Of a stretch of 64,000 nucleotides of DNA, positions 29,231 to 39,121 are shown piece after piece. The position numbers and the translations under genes are program-made. Numbering within the stretch: the first letter of the stretch is position 1; every line of letters starts with the position of its first letter. The notes beneath the pieces were generated by a model, which was given only the letters and a program-made list of their open reading frames with translations, did no database searches and was not told where the DNA came from. Source of the stretch: Trichormus sp. ATA11-4-KO1 (GTDB taxonomy: Bacteria > Cyanobacteriota > Cyanobacteriia > Cyanobacteriales > Nostocaceae); assembly GCA_019358915.1 (NCBI GenBank), contig JAHHIM010000004.1, forward strand, positions 64,001 through 128,000, written 5' to 3'.

Positions 29231-32200
29231 ATGACCCTTCCCATCTCGAAATCCCAGACTAAATTGATCTCGGAAACTATTGAACAACTGCGTTCCTGCT
29301 GTCAAGTTAATATTCAGTCTACTTGGCTATACCAGGAATCTGACCGGGATATTACTGATATTAGCGCATCTGATTTGTCTAATTGGCAGCTAGTCCAGCT
29401 AAATGCTAGAAAACATATTGCTTGGACAGGGGGAAAAAAAGTCCTTTGGCTAATGCAAAGAGTTGTGGTTCCCCAATATCTACAGGGTTATCCTTTGGCT
29501 GGGTTGTCTTTGCGGTTGGCGTTGGTTTGGTGGGCAGATGCGGCTGAGATTTATGTGAATGGGGAGTTAGTTTTGGAGGGAGATTTATTTGATTGTTCGC
29601 CGAGAGTGCTTCTCTGTCAAGGGGTGACTCCTGGTGAAGAGTTTAATGTGGCTTTGCGGTTGGTGAGTCCGGGACATGATCATGGTGCTTTGGTGCGATC
29701 GCTCCTGGTTTATGAGTCTGATGATGATAATAATCCTGATCCGGGTTTTGTGGCTGATGAGTTGGCGGTAATACAGCTTTATTTAGAAAGGTTAGCGCCG
29801 GAGAGGTTGGATGTTTTGGCTAAGGTGGTGGGGGAGATAATGAACCGCCAAGGCGCCAAGGACGCCAAGGAGGAGTTGATGGAATCATTCTTGTCTTTGC
29901 GCCAAAAGTTTTTGGATTCGGATGTTTTAGCTGCTTGTTTGCACTCGAAGATATATTTGTTGGGTCATGCTCATTTAGATTTAGCATGGCTTTGGCCTGT
30001 CAGTGAAACTTGGAGGGCGGCACAAAATACTTTTGAGTCGGTTCTTAAATTACAACAAGATTTTCCTGAGTTGATTTTTTGTCATTCAACGCCGGCGCTT
30101 TATGCTTGGGTGGAAGAACATCGCCCGGATTTGTTTCGGGCTATTCAAGAGGCTGTAGCTGCTGGATGTTGGGAAGTTGTGGGCGGTTTGTGGGTGGAAC
30201 CGGAACTGAATTTGATTACTGGTGAGTCGATTGTGCGTCAGCTATTGTATGGTCAGCGCTACGTCCAAGCAAAGTTCGGTCAGCTGGCTACTGTGGCGTG
30301 GTTACCAGATACTTTTGGTTTTTGTGGAACTTTACCACAGTTTTTGGTGAGTGCTGGGATTGAGTTTTTTGTCACCCAGAAGTTGCGCTGGAATGACACT
30401 ACTAAGTTTGATTATGGGGCTTTTTGGTGGCGATCGCCTGATGGTAGTGAAATTTTTAGTGTGATGTCTGCACTCATCGGGGAAGGAATTGACCCGGTGA
30501 AAATGGCAACATACGCGTGTGAATGGCAAGCCCAAACTGGCTTACAAGAAGCCCTCTGGCTTCCCGGTGTAGGTGACCACGGCGGCGGTCCCACCCGTGA
30601 TATGTTAGAAACTGCCCGACGCTGGCAAAAATCTCCTCTCTTCCCAGACCTAGAATTTACCACCGCAGAAAAATATCTACAGCAAATCAAAGCCCACTTC
30701 ACCCAATACCCCACCTGGGACGATGAACTATACTTAGAATTTCATCGTGGTTGCTACACCACTCACGCAGATCAAAAACGTGGGAATCGGCTTTGTGAAG
30801 GTTTGTTGTATCAAGCTGAATTATTTGCGACTTTAGCAAGTATCATCTGTGGAGTGTCATATCCCCAAGCTGCAATAGAAGCAGCTTGGAAGCAAGTGTT
30901 ATTTAACCAGTTTCACGATATTTTGCCTGGTTCTTCCATTACCCAAGTTTATACAGATGCGTTGCCTCAGTGGCAGCAGGTTGAACAAGTAGGAACGAAG
31001 ATATTACAAGAATCATTATTAGCGATCGCTTCCCATGCTATTTTACCTTCACCGCCCCATCCTCAAGCTCAACCAATATTCATTTTTAATGCTCTCAATT
31101 GGCAGCGTTCTGAGGTAGTGGAAATCGTTTTCCCAGACCTCGAACTTGAGCAAAGCTTTGACTGGCAAATTTGTGACCTAGATGGAAATGAGATCCAAAC
31201 CCAAGGAAGGTTTCTTGGAACTAGACACAAACCTACTGGCGAAACACCCATCATGTCAGTCTCGTTTTTGGCAAATGATATTCCTGCTTGTGGTTATCGT
31301 GTCTTTTGGCTATGTCCCCATAAACCTTTGTGCCCAGATAATCAACAAATTAAAGAACAGTATGTTCTAGAAAACGAGTATCTACGAGTTACAGTTGACC
31401 AACTAACAGGTGATTTGTCCAGCGTCTTTGATAAAATTAATCAGCGTGAAGTTCTCAACGGTTTAGGAAATCAACTGCAAGCCTTTCAAGATAGTGGACA
31501 ATACTGGGATGCGTGGAATATTGACCCAAATTATGCCCAGAATCCCTTACCGCCAGCCAAATTATCATTCATTTCTCATCTAGAACAGGGCGAGTTCCGT
31601 AGTCGTGTGCGTGTGGTACGCACAATTGGTAAATCAGAATTTTTACAAGACTATATCCTAGAAAAAGCTTCTGCTGTTCTCAAAATTCAAACAACTGTTG
31701 ATTGGCAAGAAAATCAAGTTTTAGTGAAAGCAGCTTTTCCTCTGAACGTAGAAGCAGACTTTGCTACCTACGAAATTCCCTGTGGTGCAATTCGTCGCCC
31801 AACGAAACCCCAGACACCCGCAGAACAAGCAAAATGGGAAGTTCCCGCTTTGCGCTGGGCTGATTTAACTGGGGAGACAAATACAGGTATTTACGGTGTT
31901 AGTTTGCTGAATGATTGTAAATACGGTTATGATAGCCAACCTCATCAACTACGCCTCACATTACTCCGCAGTCCCAACTGGCCAAATCCAGAAGCAGACC
32001 GAGGCTTGCATGAATTTACATATACCTTGTATCCCCATGCTGGTAGCTGGGAATCAGCCCAAACTGTACGACATGGTTACGAGTTAAATATCCCATTACA
32101 AGTAATAGTAAATCCCCTAACTACACAAAACTCAGCACACAGCTATCCCAAAAGTGTGAGTTTCCTAGATTTAGGTGCTGAAAATTTAATCTTAATGGCT

Positions 32201-32413
32201 TGCAAACCAGCCGAAGATAACCCACAACAACTAATCCTCCGGTGTTACGAATGTCACGGGGAAACAGCCGAGTTATCTTTACACAGTGATTTAGGCATGA
32301 AGTTAGGGGATACAGTAGATTTATTAGAGCGTGCCTCAACAACTACTGTATCCTCATCTCACAAAGCAACTATACAGCCTTGGAAAATCACCACATTCCA
32401 GGTGTCACCATAA
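29231..32413 (+). CDS. Alpha-mannosidase (GH38)
   Basis: GHAHLDLAWLWP, WLPDTFG, GDHGGG, YLEFHRGCYT, QFHDILPG. Confidence 0.95.
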   Translation: MTLPISKSQTKLISETIEQLRSCCQVNIQSTWLYQESDRDITDISASDLSNWQLVQLNARKHIAWTGGKKVLWLMQRVVVPQYLQGYPLAGLSLRLALVWWADAAEIYVNGELVLEGDLFDCSPRVLLCQGVTPGEEFNVALRLVSPGHDHGALVRSLLVYESDDDNNPDPGFVADELAVIQLYLERLAPERLDVLAKVVGEIMNRQGAKDAKEELMESFLSLRQKFLDSDVLAACLHSKIYLLGHAHLDLAWLWPVSETWRAAQNTFESVLKLQQDFPELIFCHSTPALYAWVEEHRPDLFRAIQEAVAAGCWEVVGGLWVEPELNLITGESIVRQLLYGQRYVQAKFGQLATVAWLPDTFGFCGTLPQFLVSAGIEFFVTQKLRWNDTTKFDYGAFWWRSPDGSEIFSVMSALIGEGIDPVKMATYACEWQAQTGLQEALWLPGVGDHGGGPTRDMLETARRWQKSPLFPDLEFTTAEKYLQQIKAHFTQYPTWDDELYLEFHRGCYTTHADQKRGNRLCEGLLYQAELFATLASIICGVSYPQAAIEAAWKQVLFNQFHDILPGSSITQVYTDALPQWQQVEQVGTKILQESLLAIASHAILPSPPHPQAQPIFIFNALNWQRSEVVEIVFPDLELEQSFDWQICDLDGNEIQTQGRFLGTRHKPTGETPIMSVSFLANDIPACGYRVFWLCPHKPLCPDNQQIKEQYVLENEYLRVTVDQLTGDLSSVFDKINQREVLNGLGNQLQAFQDSGQYWDAWNIDPNYAQNPLPPAKLSFISHLEQGEFRSRVRVVRTIGKSEFLQDYILEKASAVLKIQTTVDWQENQVLVKAAFPLNVEADFATYEIPCGAIRRPTKPQTPAEQAKWEVPALRWADLTGETNTGIYGVSLLNDCKYGYDSQPHQLRLTLLRSPNWPNPEADRGLHEFTYTLYPHAGSWESAQTVRHGYELNIPLQVIVNPLTTQNSAHSYPKSVSFLDLGAENLILMACKPAEDNPQQLILRCYECHGETAELSLHSDLGMKLGDTVDLLERASTTTVSSSHKATIQPWKITTFQVSP

Positions 32414-32599
32414 GAAGGGCAGAATTAGTTTTTGTTTGTTGTAAGTGTGGCTACCAAGTACCTGTTCGTGAAACGTTACGGTCGATACGGCAAAATCTGA
32501 TAGTGGGTAGTGAGCCATGCGTGTCGAAAGGCTAGTGTAATCCTGCCCTGCTTGACGCTGAAGAATGCTAAGGTGATCAGTATCTAGTAAATATTTCAT
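32405..32599 (-). pseudogene. 3'-truncated VapC PIN toxin
   Basis: MKYLLDTDHLSILQR..VTFHEQ is a PIN N-terminus but the ORF is only 64 aa; similarity ends close to the left repeat. Confidence 0.8.
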
Positions 32600-32811
32600 G
32601 ACTCGTCTTGCGTTTCGAGGATCGATTCATCGCCTTGACGAATTGCTCTACCATAAGCAAGTACCTCTTCAAAAGCAGGTTCATCTTTAAAAGACCCTGT
32701 AATTTGTTGCAGCCAATTAGTTACTTGAGGAGTCGCAACTTGCTTTTGCAATTCAGCCATTGCAGCTTCTACTGCTGCAAGCCGTTCCTCTAAAGAAATA
32801 TTGGTTGCCAT
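32596..32811 (-). CDS. Probable antitoxin of the truncated PIN gene
   Basis: LEERLAAVE..NWLQQITGSFKDEPAFEEVLAYGRAIR; 4-bp overlap with the PIN gene. Confidence 0.75.
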   Translation of the reverse strand: MATNISLEERLAAVEAAMAELQKQVATPQVTNWLQQITGSFKDEPAFEEVLAYGRAIRQGDESILETQDES

Positions 32812-32823
32812 TTGAGTTTCCTC

Positions 32824-33042
32824 TTAATTAATTGCATCTAGCAGTTCAATTTTTATCCATTGTTCAGGAGATATGATAAAGCGACCATCACAAGTCATAC
32901 CATACCAAAGACCGATCCCATAAGATCGAAAACTTGCTGTGTTCGCAGAAGTAAGCCCAAGAATAATATCCTTATTCTCAGGTAGTTGCTGATCGTCCAT
33001 AACGCAAATCGGTTTGTCTGCTGGAACGTTGAATTTGGACAT
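32824..33042 (-). CDS. Hypothetical 72-aa protein inside the small island
   Basis: ATG ORF ending 12 bp before the antitoxin start; no family recognised. Confidence 0.4.
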   Translation of the reverse strand: MSKFNVPADKPICVMDDQQLPENKDIILGLTSANTASFRSYGIGLWYGMTCDGRFIISPEQWIKIELLDAIN

Positions 33043-33170
33043 GAGAAAATCTCAGTCAGCAACTATATAGCCTGAGAAAGTCACCACATTCCAGGTAATA
33101 CCAGAAACTAAATTTTAGGCTTAAGAGGATGGAGGAAGAAAGAAAAACTCTTTTTTCCCCACACTCTAAT

Positions 33171-33302
33171 CTAGTCTTCGTGGTCTTCAAACGGGTCTGC
33201 CAATTGCTTGCTGGGAGGACCAAAGGAAGTATAAATTGCAAAACCAGTGATGGCAACTAAGGCTGCGCCTACAGAAATACTAAGAACTATTGCGGGTTCC
33301 AT
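33171..33302 (-). CDS. psbN: Photosystem II assembly protein PsbN (43 aa; absent from the ORF track)
   Basis: Manual translation MEPAIVLSISVGAALVAITGFAIYTSFGPPSKQLADPFEDHED*; divergent from psbH. Confidence 0.95.
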   Translation of the reverse strand: MEPAIVLSISVGAALVAITGFAIYTSFGPPSKQLADPFEDHED

Positions 33303-33387
33303 AAATTAGGGATAAATTATGAGTGCTATTCTTATAGAATATTACAGAAGATTAAAAAAAGCTTTGGCAACTCATCTTAGGTGAATT

Positions 33388-33591
33388 ATGGCACAACGGA
33401 CTAGGTTGGGAGATATACTGAGGCCCCTAAACTCTGAGTATGGTAAGGTTGCTCCCGGTTGGGGCACGACCCCTGTAATGGGCGTTTTTATGGCTCTATT
33501 TTTCGTGTTTCTGCTAATTATTCTGCAACTTTACAATAAATCACTGATGATTCAGGATGTAATGGTTGATTGGCGGAGTTTGGGCGGCTAA
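33388..33591 (+). CDS. psbH: Photosystem II PsbH
   Basis: [19 protein letters not shown]. Confidence 0.97.
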   Translation: MAQRTRLGDILRPLNSEYGKVAPGWGTTPVMGVFMALFFVFLLIILQLYNKSLMIQDVMVDWRSLGG

Positions 33592-33631
33592 CTGATACAT
33601 AGCTTTTAGCTTGTATAATCAGCGACCCTAT

Positions 33632-33654
33632 ACCCGGCTTGTCCGGGTTTTTTT
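33632..33654 (+). terminator. Intrinsic terminator after psbH
   Basis: ACCCGG-CTTGT-CCGGGT followed by a T run. Confidence 0.75.
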
Positions 33655-33777
33655 ATGAGTTTTATACTGAAGACATTAGTCTCAAACAAGTAAGCATGGT
33701 ATAGATGGAAAGGGTTTTCATCCCTATTACCCATTGCTCTAGCTTTACCTGAATTGTCTGTTTATAGGAGAAACCGC

Positions 33778-34026
33778 ATGAATATATTTGGTATTGGTCT
33801 GCCGGAAATGGCTTTAATTATGGTGGTTGCACTGTTAATCTTTGGCCCAAAGAAGTTACCGGAGATTGGTCGTAGTGTCGGCAAAGCAGTTCGCGGTTTT
33901 CAAGAAGCTTCTAATGAATTTCAAAACGAGTTTAAGCGAGAAGCTGAACAAATAGAACAAGCTGTGAAAACTTCTGCCGAAATTGAACCCAAGCAAATCG
34001 AAGCAGCTAAATCTGAGCAGGTTTAG
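33778..34026 (+). CDS. tatA: TatA/E translocase subunit
   Basis: MNIFGIGLPEM..LLIFGPKKLPEIGRSVG. Confidence 0.93.
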   Translation: MNIFGIGLPEMALIMVVALLIFGPKKLPEIGRSVGKAVRGFQEASNEFQNEFKREAEQIEQAVKTSAEIEPKQIEAAKSEQV

Positions 34027-34059
34027 AAAACTGCTGCGAATTGATTGATTGTGGCCAAA

Positions 34060-34692
34060 ATGACAGAAGCTGTGACAAAATCAGCTGTGGTGATTCCCCA
34101 ACTAATTGTCGGGTTAGGGAATCCAGAGCCTAAATACGACCAAACACGCCATAATATTGGCTTTGCTGCTGTAGATGCATTATCCCGTGCTTGGCAAATT
34201 CCCCTAGGGGAAAATCGTAAGTTTCAGGGGGAATATGGTGAGGGTATCGCCGCAGGTGGCAATAAAGTCCGCTTGCTCAAGCCTTTGACTTACATGAATC
34301 GCTCTGGACAGTCAATACAAGCAGTGACTAGTTGGTATAAATTGCTACCAGAGTCTGTGTTGGTGATTTATGACGACATGGATTTACCTTTGGGTAAGAC
34401 TCGTCTACGCTTGTCTGGTTCTGCTGGGGGACATAATGGAATGAAGAGTGCGATCGCTCATCTTAGCACCCAAAACTTCCCACGTTTGCGAATTGGCATT
34501 GGTAAACCAAAAGATACCACTAATGGCGAGAACTCCGAGTCTATCTCTCATGTTTTAGGAAGATTTTCTGCATCTGAAACTCAACTGATGTCTCTTGTAC
34601 TTCAGTTTGTAGTTGAGTGTGTAGAATTTAGTCTCAAACAGGGAGTAGAAAAGGCTATGAATCTTTGTAATAGCCGCAAAGATGAGGGCTGA
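34060..34692 (+). CDS. pth: Peptidyl-tRNA hydrolase
   Basis: IVGLGNP, TRHNIGF, KPLTYMNRSG, YDDMD, GGHNG. Confidence 0.96.
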   Translation: MTEAVTKSAVVIPQLIVGLGNPEPKYDQTRHNIGFAAVDALSRAWQIPLGENRKFQGEYGEGIAAGGNKVRLLKPLTYMNRSGQSIQAVTSWYKLLPESVLVIYDDMDLPLGKTRLRLSGSAGGHNGMKSAIAHLSTQNFPRLRIGIGKPKDTTNGENSESISHVLGRFSASETQLMSLVLQFVVECVEFSLKQGVEKAMNLCNSRKDEG

Positions 34693-34740
34693 GTGCTGAG
34701 TGCGCTTGCCTTGAGCGAAGTCGAAGGGGAGTGCTGAGTA
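34688..34740. repeat. (TGCTGAG) STRR interrupted by an SDR-like insert
   Basis: GCTGAGTGCTGAGTGC, then CCTTGAGCGAAGTCGAAGG, then GAGTGCTGAGT. Confidence 0.6.
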
Positions 34741-34975
34741 CAATATACTAGTTCTTAGTCTCAGCGCCTTTTTTCATTTATTCTAGTGTACACAGTTCGC
34801 CTATTCCTTTATGGACGGTTTTTTATATCAGTCCTATAAATCAACAAAGCAATACACCCGCACGCATGATGGCCGTACGGGTATATTACTAATTTTATGT
34901 AAGAATATAAGGCGACGTGCTATTGCTGGTTTCAGGTAATATCATAGAGCAATGCCAGTACCAACCCGAATAGGT

Positions 34976-35155
34976 TTATTTAAAACGTCGCTTGCGTCTA
35001 GCTGATACTGCCTTACGTTTGCGCTTTTCCAACGGTGTTTCAAAGTGCCGATGGTATTTCACGTCAGCTAATATACCAGCTTTAGAGACCTGGCGTTTAA
35101 ACCGACGCAAAGCTGAATCTATGCCTTCGTTTTCTCCTAGAACCACTTGGGTCAT
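34976..35155 (-). CDS. rpsU: 30S ribosomal protein S21, copy 1
   Basis: [42 protein letters not shown] at 35155. Confidence 0.95.
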   Translation of the reverse strand: MTQVVLGENEGIDSALRRFKRQVSKAGILADVKYHRHFETPLEKRKRKAVSARRKRRFK

Positions 35156-35529
35156 TCTTGCTGTTTCCTCATGATCAATTGTTTCCATTGTAATAGTAGC
35201 CTCAAACTTAACAAAACACCCCCAGGCTAAAGCCAGGATAAGAAGTGATTCATTCATTTAATGAGGCTGATTTGTGCTTCTGTTTAGGGCAATTAGCATT
35301 TAACTTCAAATTAACGCTAGTGCCTGAATGCACTTTGAGCGCAATAGAGAAGATGGGGAAATTATATCTTAAGTTTTATTGGCTGTACTACAGTCTTTAT
35401 GCGATTCAGTTAACGGTAGCGTCCAACCAAAAATTTGTATGCTTAACGGCACACTATCCGTTCCCACCTGGGACATATGTAACTTTAATTACTATAAAAT
35501 ATCAGCAAATATTCTCTTTTTCCGAGATT

Positions 35530-35874
35530 TTAAAAGTTGATTTTACCCTCATTTAATAATTTATATCCAGATATTAATGCGGCAAAAGCAACCAATAAAT
35601 TCCACAAGCTAGTTGACCTGAAAATTACGCCGCCACTTAAGAAAACTAATACTATTCCAATAGCTAATAAAATCCATCCCAAGTTGCTAGTTTCTTTACG
35701 AAAAAATAAGAGTGTAAAAACTCCTGCCATAATTGCTAAAACTGAAACGGTAGCAGGCAATCTGCGGTAAAAAAGACTATAATAGCCACTAACAAATATG
35801 ATGTTCTGAGTAAAAAAGTAGATGCCGATAAAAAGTAGGATTAAACCTATAAGTTTGGTCAACAGCCTGCCCAT
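35530..35874 (-). CDS. Small four-TM hypothetical membrane protein
   Basis: Hydrophobic 114-aa ORF. Confidence 0.75.
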   Translation of the reverse strand: MGRLLTKLIGLILLFIGIYFFTQNIIFVSGYYSLFYRRLPATVSVLAIMAGVFTLLFFRKETSNLGWILLAIGIVLVFLSGGVIFRSTSLWNLLVAFAALISGYKLLNEGKINF

Positions 35875-36098
35875 AATTTTTTATTTTCTTAATTGGCTGA
35901 AACAAATTTAAACTTAATTATACCTAAATTTTTAAATTTATACTGAATTTAATATTAATTTTACTTAATTTAAAATAAGTAAATATACTACCTAAAAATA
36001 GGGATTGCCTAATATCAAGTCCGGTTAAAGACCTATCACTAAGGCAGTCCCGATGAAACGAATTTCACAACTAAGTAGAAACTGGAAACTGAGTTTTT

Positions 36099-36138
36099 AC
36101 TCAGCACTCAGCACTCAGCACTCAGCACTCAGCACTCA
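36099..36138. repeat. Heptamer tandem repeat (ACTCAGC)x5 plus a partial unit
   Basis: Read directly, at the rsmI stop codon. Confidence 0.9.
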
Positions 36139-36978
36139 TAAAGAAAGAGCTAATTGGTAAATTTGACGCCGGGGAAGAGAAGTTATTTTTGCTAATTGAC
36201 GGCTAGCTTGCGATCGCGATATTCCTTGAGAGATTAATTGTTGCAATTCGGCTTTGAGTTCGGCTTCGGAAAGTTGGAGTTGAGTGGCTGGAGTTCCTGC
36301 GACAACTAGCGTGTATTCACCTTGGGGTTCACGTTGGCTGTAATGAGCGATCGCCTCGGCAATCGTTCCCCGCCAAAATTCCTCGTAAAATTTAGTTAAC
36401 TCCCTTGCCAAGACAATTTGGCGATCGCTTCCCCACACTTGTGCTAAGTCTGGCAAAGTTTCTCGCAAGCGGTGCGGCGATTCATAGAAAATTAAAGTCC
36501 GGGATTCTGTTTGCAGAGATTCTAAATGTTCACGCCGTTTTTGGCCTTTGGCAGGTAGAAAGCCTTCAAAAACAAATCTGTCTGTTGGTAGTCCCGCAGC
36601 GCTTAAAGCCGTAATGGCAGCACTAGCACCAGGAATAGGAACTACTGTGATCCCAGCTTCAATACAGGCTTTGACCAATTCATAACCAGGATCAGAAATT
36701 CCTGGCATTCCCGCATCACTCACCAAAGCGATCGCCTGGCCGTTAACCAGATACTCTAACAATTCCGGGATACGACTAGTGCGATTGTGTTCGTGGTAAC
36801 TTAACTGGGGTGTTTTAATTTGAAAATGCTGTAACAGTCTACCTGTATGGCGGGTATCTTCCGCAGCAATCAGATTCACCGTTTGCAAAATTCGCACCGC
36901 CCGAAAGGTGATATCTTCCAGGTTGCCAATTGGTGTACCGACGACGTAAAGTGTTCCTGGTTTGGGATCAGTCTGCAT
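36136..36978 (-). CDS. rsmI: 16S rRNA (cytidine1402-2'-O)-methyltransferase
   Basis: GTPIGNLEDIT, AEDTR, SDAGMPGISDPG, YESPHR, ARELTK. Confidence 0.96.
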   Translation of the reverse strand: MQTDPKPGTLYVVGTPIGNLEDITFRAVRILQTVNLIAAEDTRHTGRLLQHFQIKTPQLSYHEHNRTSRIPELLEYLVNGQAIALVSDAGMPGISDPGYELVKACIEAGITVVPIPGASAAITALSAAGLPTDRFVFEGFLPAKGQKRREHLESLQTESRTLIFYESPHRLRETLPDLAQVWGSDRQIVLARELTKFYEEFWRGTIAEAIAHYSQREPQGEYTLVVAGTPATQLQLSEAELKAELQQLISQGISRSQASRQLAKITSLPRRQIYQLALSL

Positions 36979-37013
36979 GAGTGAGAAAATAGAAGCTAGG
37001 GAACAAGTTACTA

Positions 37014-37889
37014 ATGACTAATCTAAAATCCCTAGGTGGGTTATTTGTGGGTTTAGTCACCTTGGATTTAATCTACCTTGCTGATTCTGCCCCTAGGAAT
37101 AATCAGAAGATTGTCGCTGCTGACTATACTGTAGCAGCAGGCGGCCCGGCGACAAATGCGGCTGTAACTTTTAGTTATTTAGGTAATCAAGCTCAAGTCT
37201 TAGGTGTCATGGGTTCCCACCCTATAACCCAACTAATTCGGGGCGATTTGGCAAATTACCAAGTAGCGATCGCTGATCTTGAACCTAGTAATAGCAACCC
37301 ACCGCCTGTCTCTTCGATAATTATCACCCAAGCTACAGGTGAACGAGCGGTGGTTTCCATGAATGCTGTCAAAACTCAAGCCAGCAGTACATCTATCCCA
37401 CCCAATATTTTACAAAATATTGATATTGTGCTGATTGATGGTCATCAAATGACTGTTGGTAATGCGATCGCGCAAATAGCTAAATCCCAAAATATCCCTG
37501 TCGTTATTGATGGTGGTAGTTGGAAACCAGGATTTGAGCAAGTTTTGCCATTCGTTGATTATGCCGTTTGTTCTGCTAATTTTTATCCCCCCAACTGCCA
37601 CACTCAAGCCGAAGTGTTTAGCTACCTCAGTACATTTGACATTCCCCACATTGCCATTACCCACGGGGAAAAACCAATTGCATATTTGACTGAGAGCAAG
37701 ACTGGATCTGTAGATGTACCACAAATTCAGGCAGTTGATACACTTGGGGCTGGAGATATTTTTCACGGTGCATTCTGCCATTACATCTTACAGGGAAATT
37801 TTACTGATGCCCTCACACAGGCAGCTAATATCGCTGCTAATTCCTGTCAATTTTTGGGGACACGTCGCTGGTTGGAGAGTGTTGAGTAG
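37014..37889 (+). CDS. PfkB-family sugar kinase
   Basis: GGPATNAA and VDTLGAGDIFHG signatures. Confidence 0.9.
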   Translation: MTNLKSLGGLFVGLVTLDLIYLADSAPRNNQKIVAADYTVAAGGPATNAAVTFSYLGNQAQVLGVMGSHPITQLIRGDLANYQVAIADLEPSNSNPPPVSSIIITQATGERAVVSMNAVKTQASSTSIPPNILQNIDIVLIDGHQMTVGNAIAQIAKSQNIPVVIDGGSWKPGFEQVLPFVDYAVCSANFYPPNCHTQAEVFSYLSTFDIPHIAITHGEKPIAYLTESKTGSVDVPQIQAVDTLGAGDIFHGAFCHYILQGNFTDALTQAANIAANSCQFLGTRRWLESVE

Positions 37890-37921
37890 TTAGAGTTAGT
37901 TAAATAGACAAGGCTGAATTA

Positions 37922-38776
37922 ATGAAGGACTTACAAGAAATATTAGCGATCGCGCGTGAGGTGGGTTGGGGTGCATCAGATATACTACGTTCTTATTATC
38001 ACGAAACAGCAGCAGACTTTAACCTAGAGGTGCAATACAAACAGAATGAGCCTGTCACAGTTGCAGATGTAACTGTGAGTCAATTTATAGTGGAGAGACT
38101 ACAAGCAGCTTTAGGTAATGAAGATTTTGCCTATATTAGTGAAGAAACCTATAAATCACAACTAAGTAGGAAACCCCCCAGTTGGGTATGGATCATTGAC
38201 CCTTTAGATGGTACAAGAGACTTTATCGAAAAAACTGGGGACTATGCCATTCACATTGCTTTAGTGCAAGAAACCCGTCCAGTTTTAGCAGTAGTGGCGA
38301 TACCGGAAGCAGAAAAGTTGTATTTTGCTACCAAAGGCGGAGGTACATTTGTAGAAACCCGTAATGGATTTGTTCCCATACAAGTTTCATCTGGCAAACA
38401 CATCGAAGACTTAACCGTCGTTGTCAGTCGCTCTCACCGCCATGAATCGTTAAATTATTTATTACAAAACTTACCTTGTCAAAATCAGAAAACTATTGGC
38501 AGTGTAGGCTGTAAAATTGCTGCCATTCTTGAGCAACAGGCGGATATTTACGTTTCTCTTTCCGGCAAGTCTGCCCCTAAAGACTGGGATATAGCCGCCC
38601 CAGAGCTAATTTTAACAGAAGCTGGTGGTAAGTTTACTCACTTTGATGGTACTTTGTTGCATTACAACACCGATGATATCAATCAGTGGGGTGGTTTACT
38701 TGCTAGTAATGGTCAGTATCATGAGGTGATATGCAAAGAAGCAGAAAGGTTATTAGCACAGTTGGCTAGTGGCTAA
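37922..38776 (+). CDS. cysQ: CysQ-like 3'(2'),5'-bisphosphate nucleotidase / inositol monophosphatase family
   Basis: PVTVAD, SEE, WIIDPLDGT, SRSH, WDIAA. Confidence 0.85.
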   Translation: MKDLQEILAIAREVGWGASDILRSYYHETAADFNLEVQYKQNEPVTVADVTVSQFIVERLQAALGNEDFAYISEETYKSQLSRKPPSWVWIIDPLDGTRDFIEKTGDYAIHIALVQETRPVLAVVAIPEAEKLYFATKGGGTFVETRNGFVPIQVSSGKHIEDLTVVVSRSHRHESLNYLLQNLPCQNQKTIGSVGCKIAAILEQQADIYVSLSGKSAPKDWDIAAPELILTEAGGKFTHFDGTLLHYNTDDINQWGGLLASNGQYHEVICKEAERLLAQLASG

Positions 38777-39008
38777 AATTAGGATTATTTATGGATGATA
38801 TTTTCATGTTTTTGCACCATCTAAATGTGTTAGTTAATACGTCATTTCCTAATTTAAATTAAGTAGGCGATCGCTTGTTGATACTCATTTATCTTCACAA
38901 ATTTCATGCATGAAAGAGCATATAAGCCTTGCCGTTATTAGCTTTGGTAACCTGCTCTCAAAGTTTTATTTTTTAAAGTGACGTCTTGTGAGACAATAGT
39001 TAAAGGCT

Positions 39009-39121
39009 GTGCTATATTTGTGGATATAAGGATTATTTTCGGTTGAGTAACTCGTTTTGGTTTCTAAAAAGCGTCTCTCCGAATTTAACTCTCTACACTT
39101 CTCTGAATTCGGAGACATTCT
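39009..39121 (+). promoter_or_regulatory. rbp promoter and 5'UTR with boxes typical of cold-inducible cyanobacterial rbp genes
   Basis: Extended -10 TGCTATATT; TTCGGTTGA box; TCTCCGAATT (39076-39085) is complementary to AATTCGGAGA (39106-39115), which covers the RBS. Confidence 0.7.

Larger units (their letters stand above)
32365..33096. repeat. 39-bp direct repeats (32365-32403 and 33058-33096) flanking a ~650-bp insert
   Basis: AGCAACTATACAGCCTTGGAAAATCACCACATTCCAGGT versus AGCAACTATATAGCCTGAGAAAGTCACCACATTCCAGGT, 35/39 identical. Confidence 0.85.

Noticed and set aside
33056..33256. 66-aa ORF-track protein
   Set aside because: Alternate-frame shadow of psbN.
37922..38776. cysQ as part of the sulfation system
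   Set aside because: It lies about 20 kb away in a housekeeping context (rsmI-pfkB-rbp). It could recycle PAP, but linkage gives no support.
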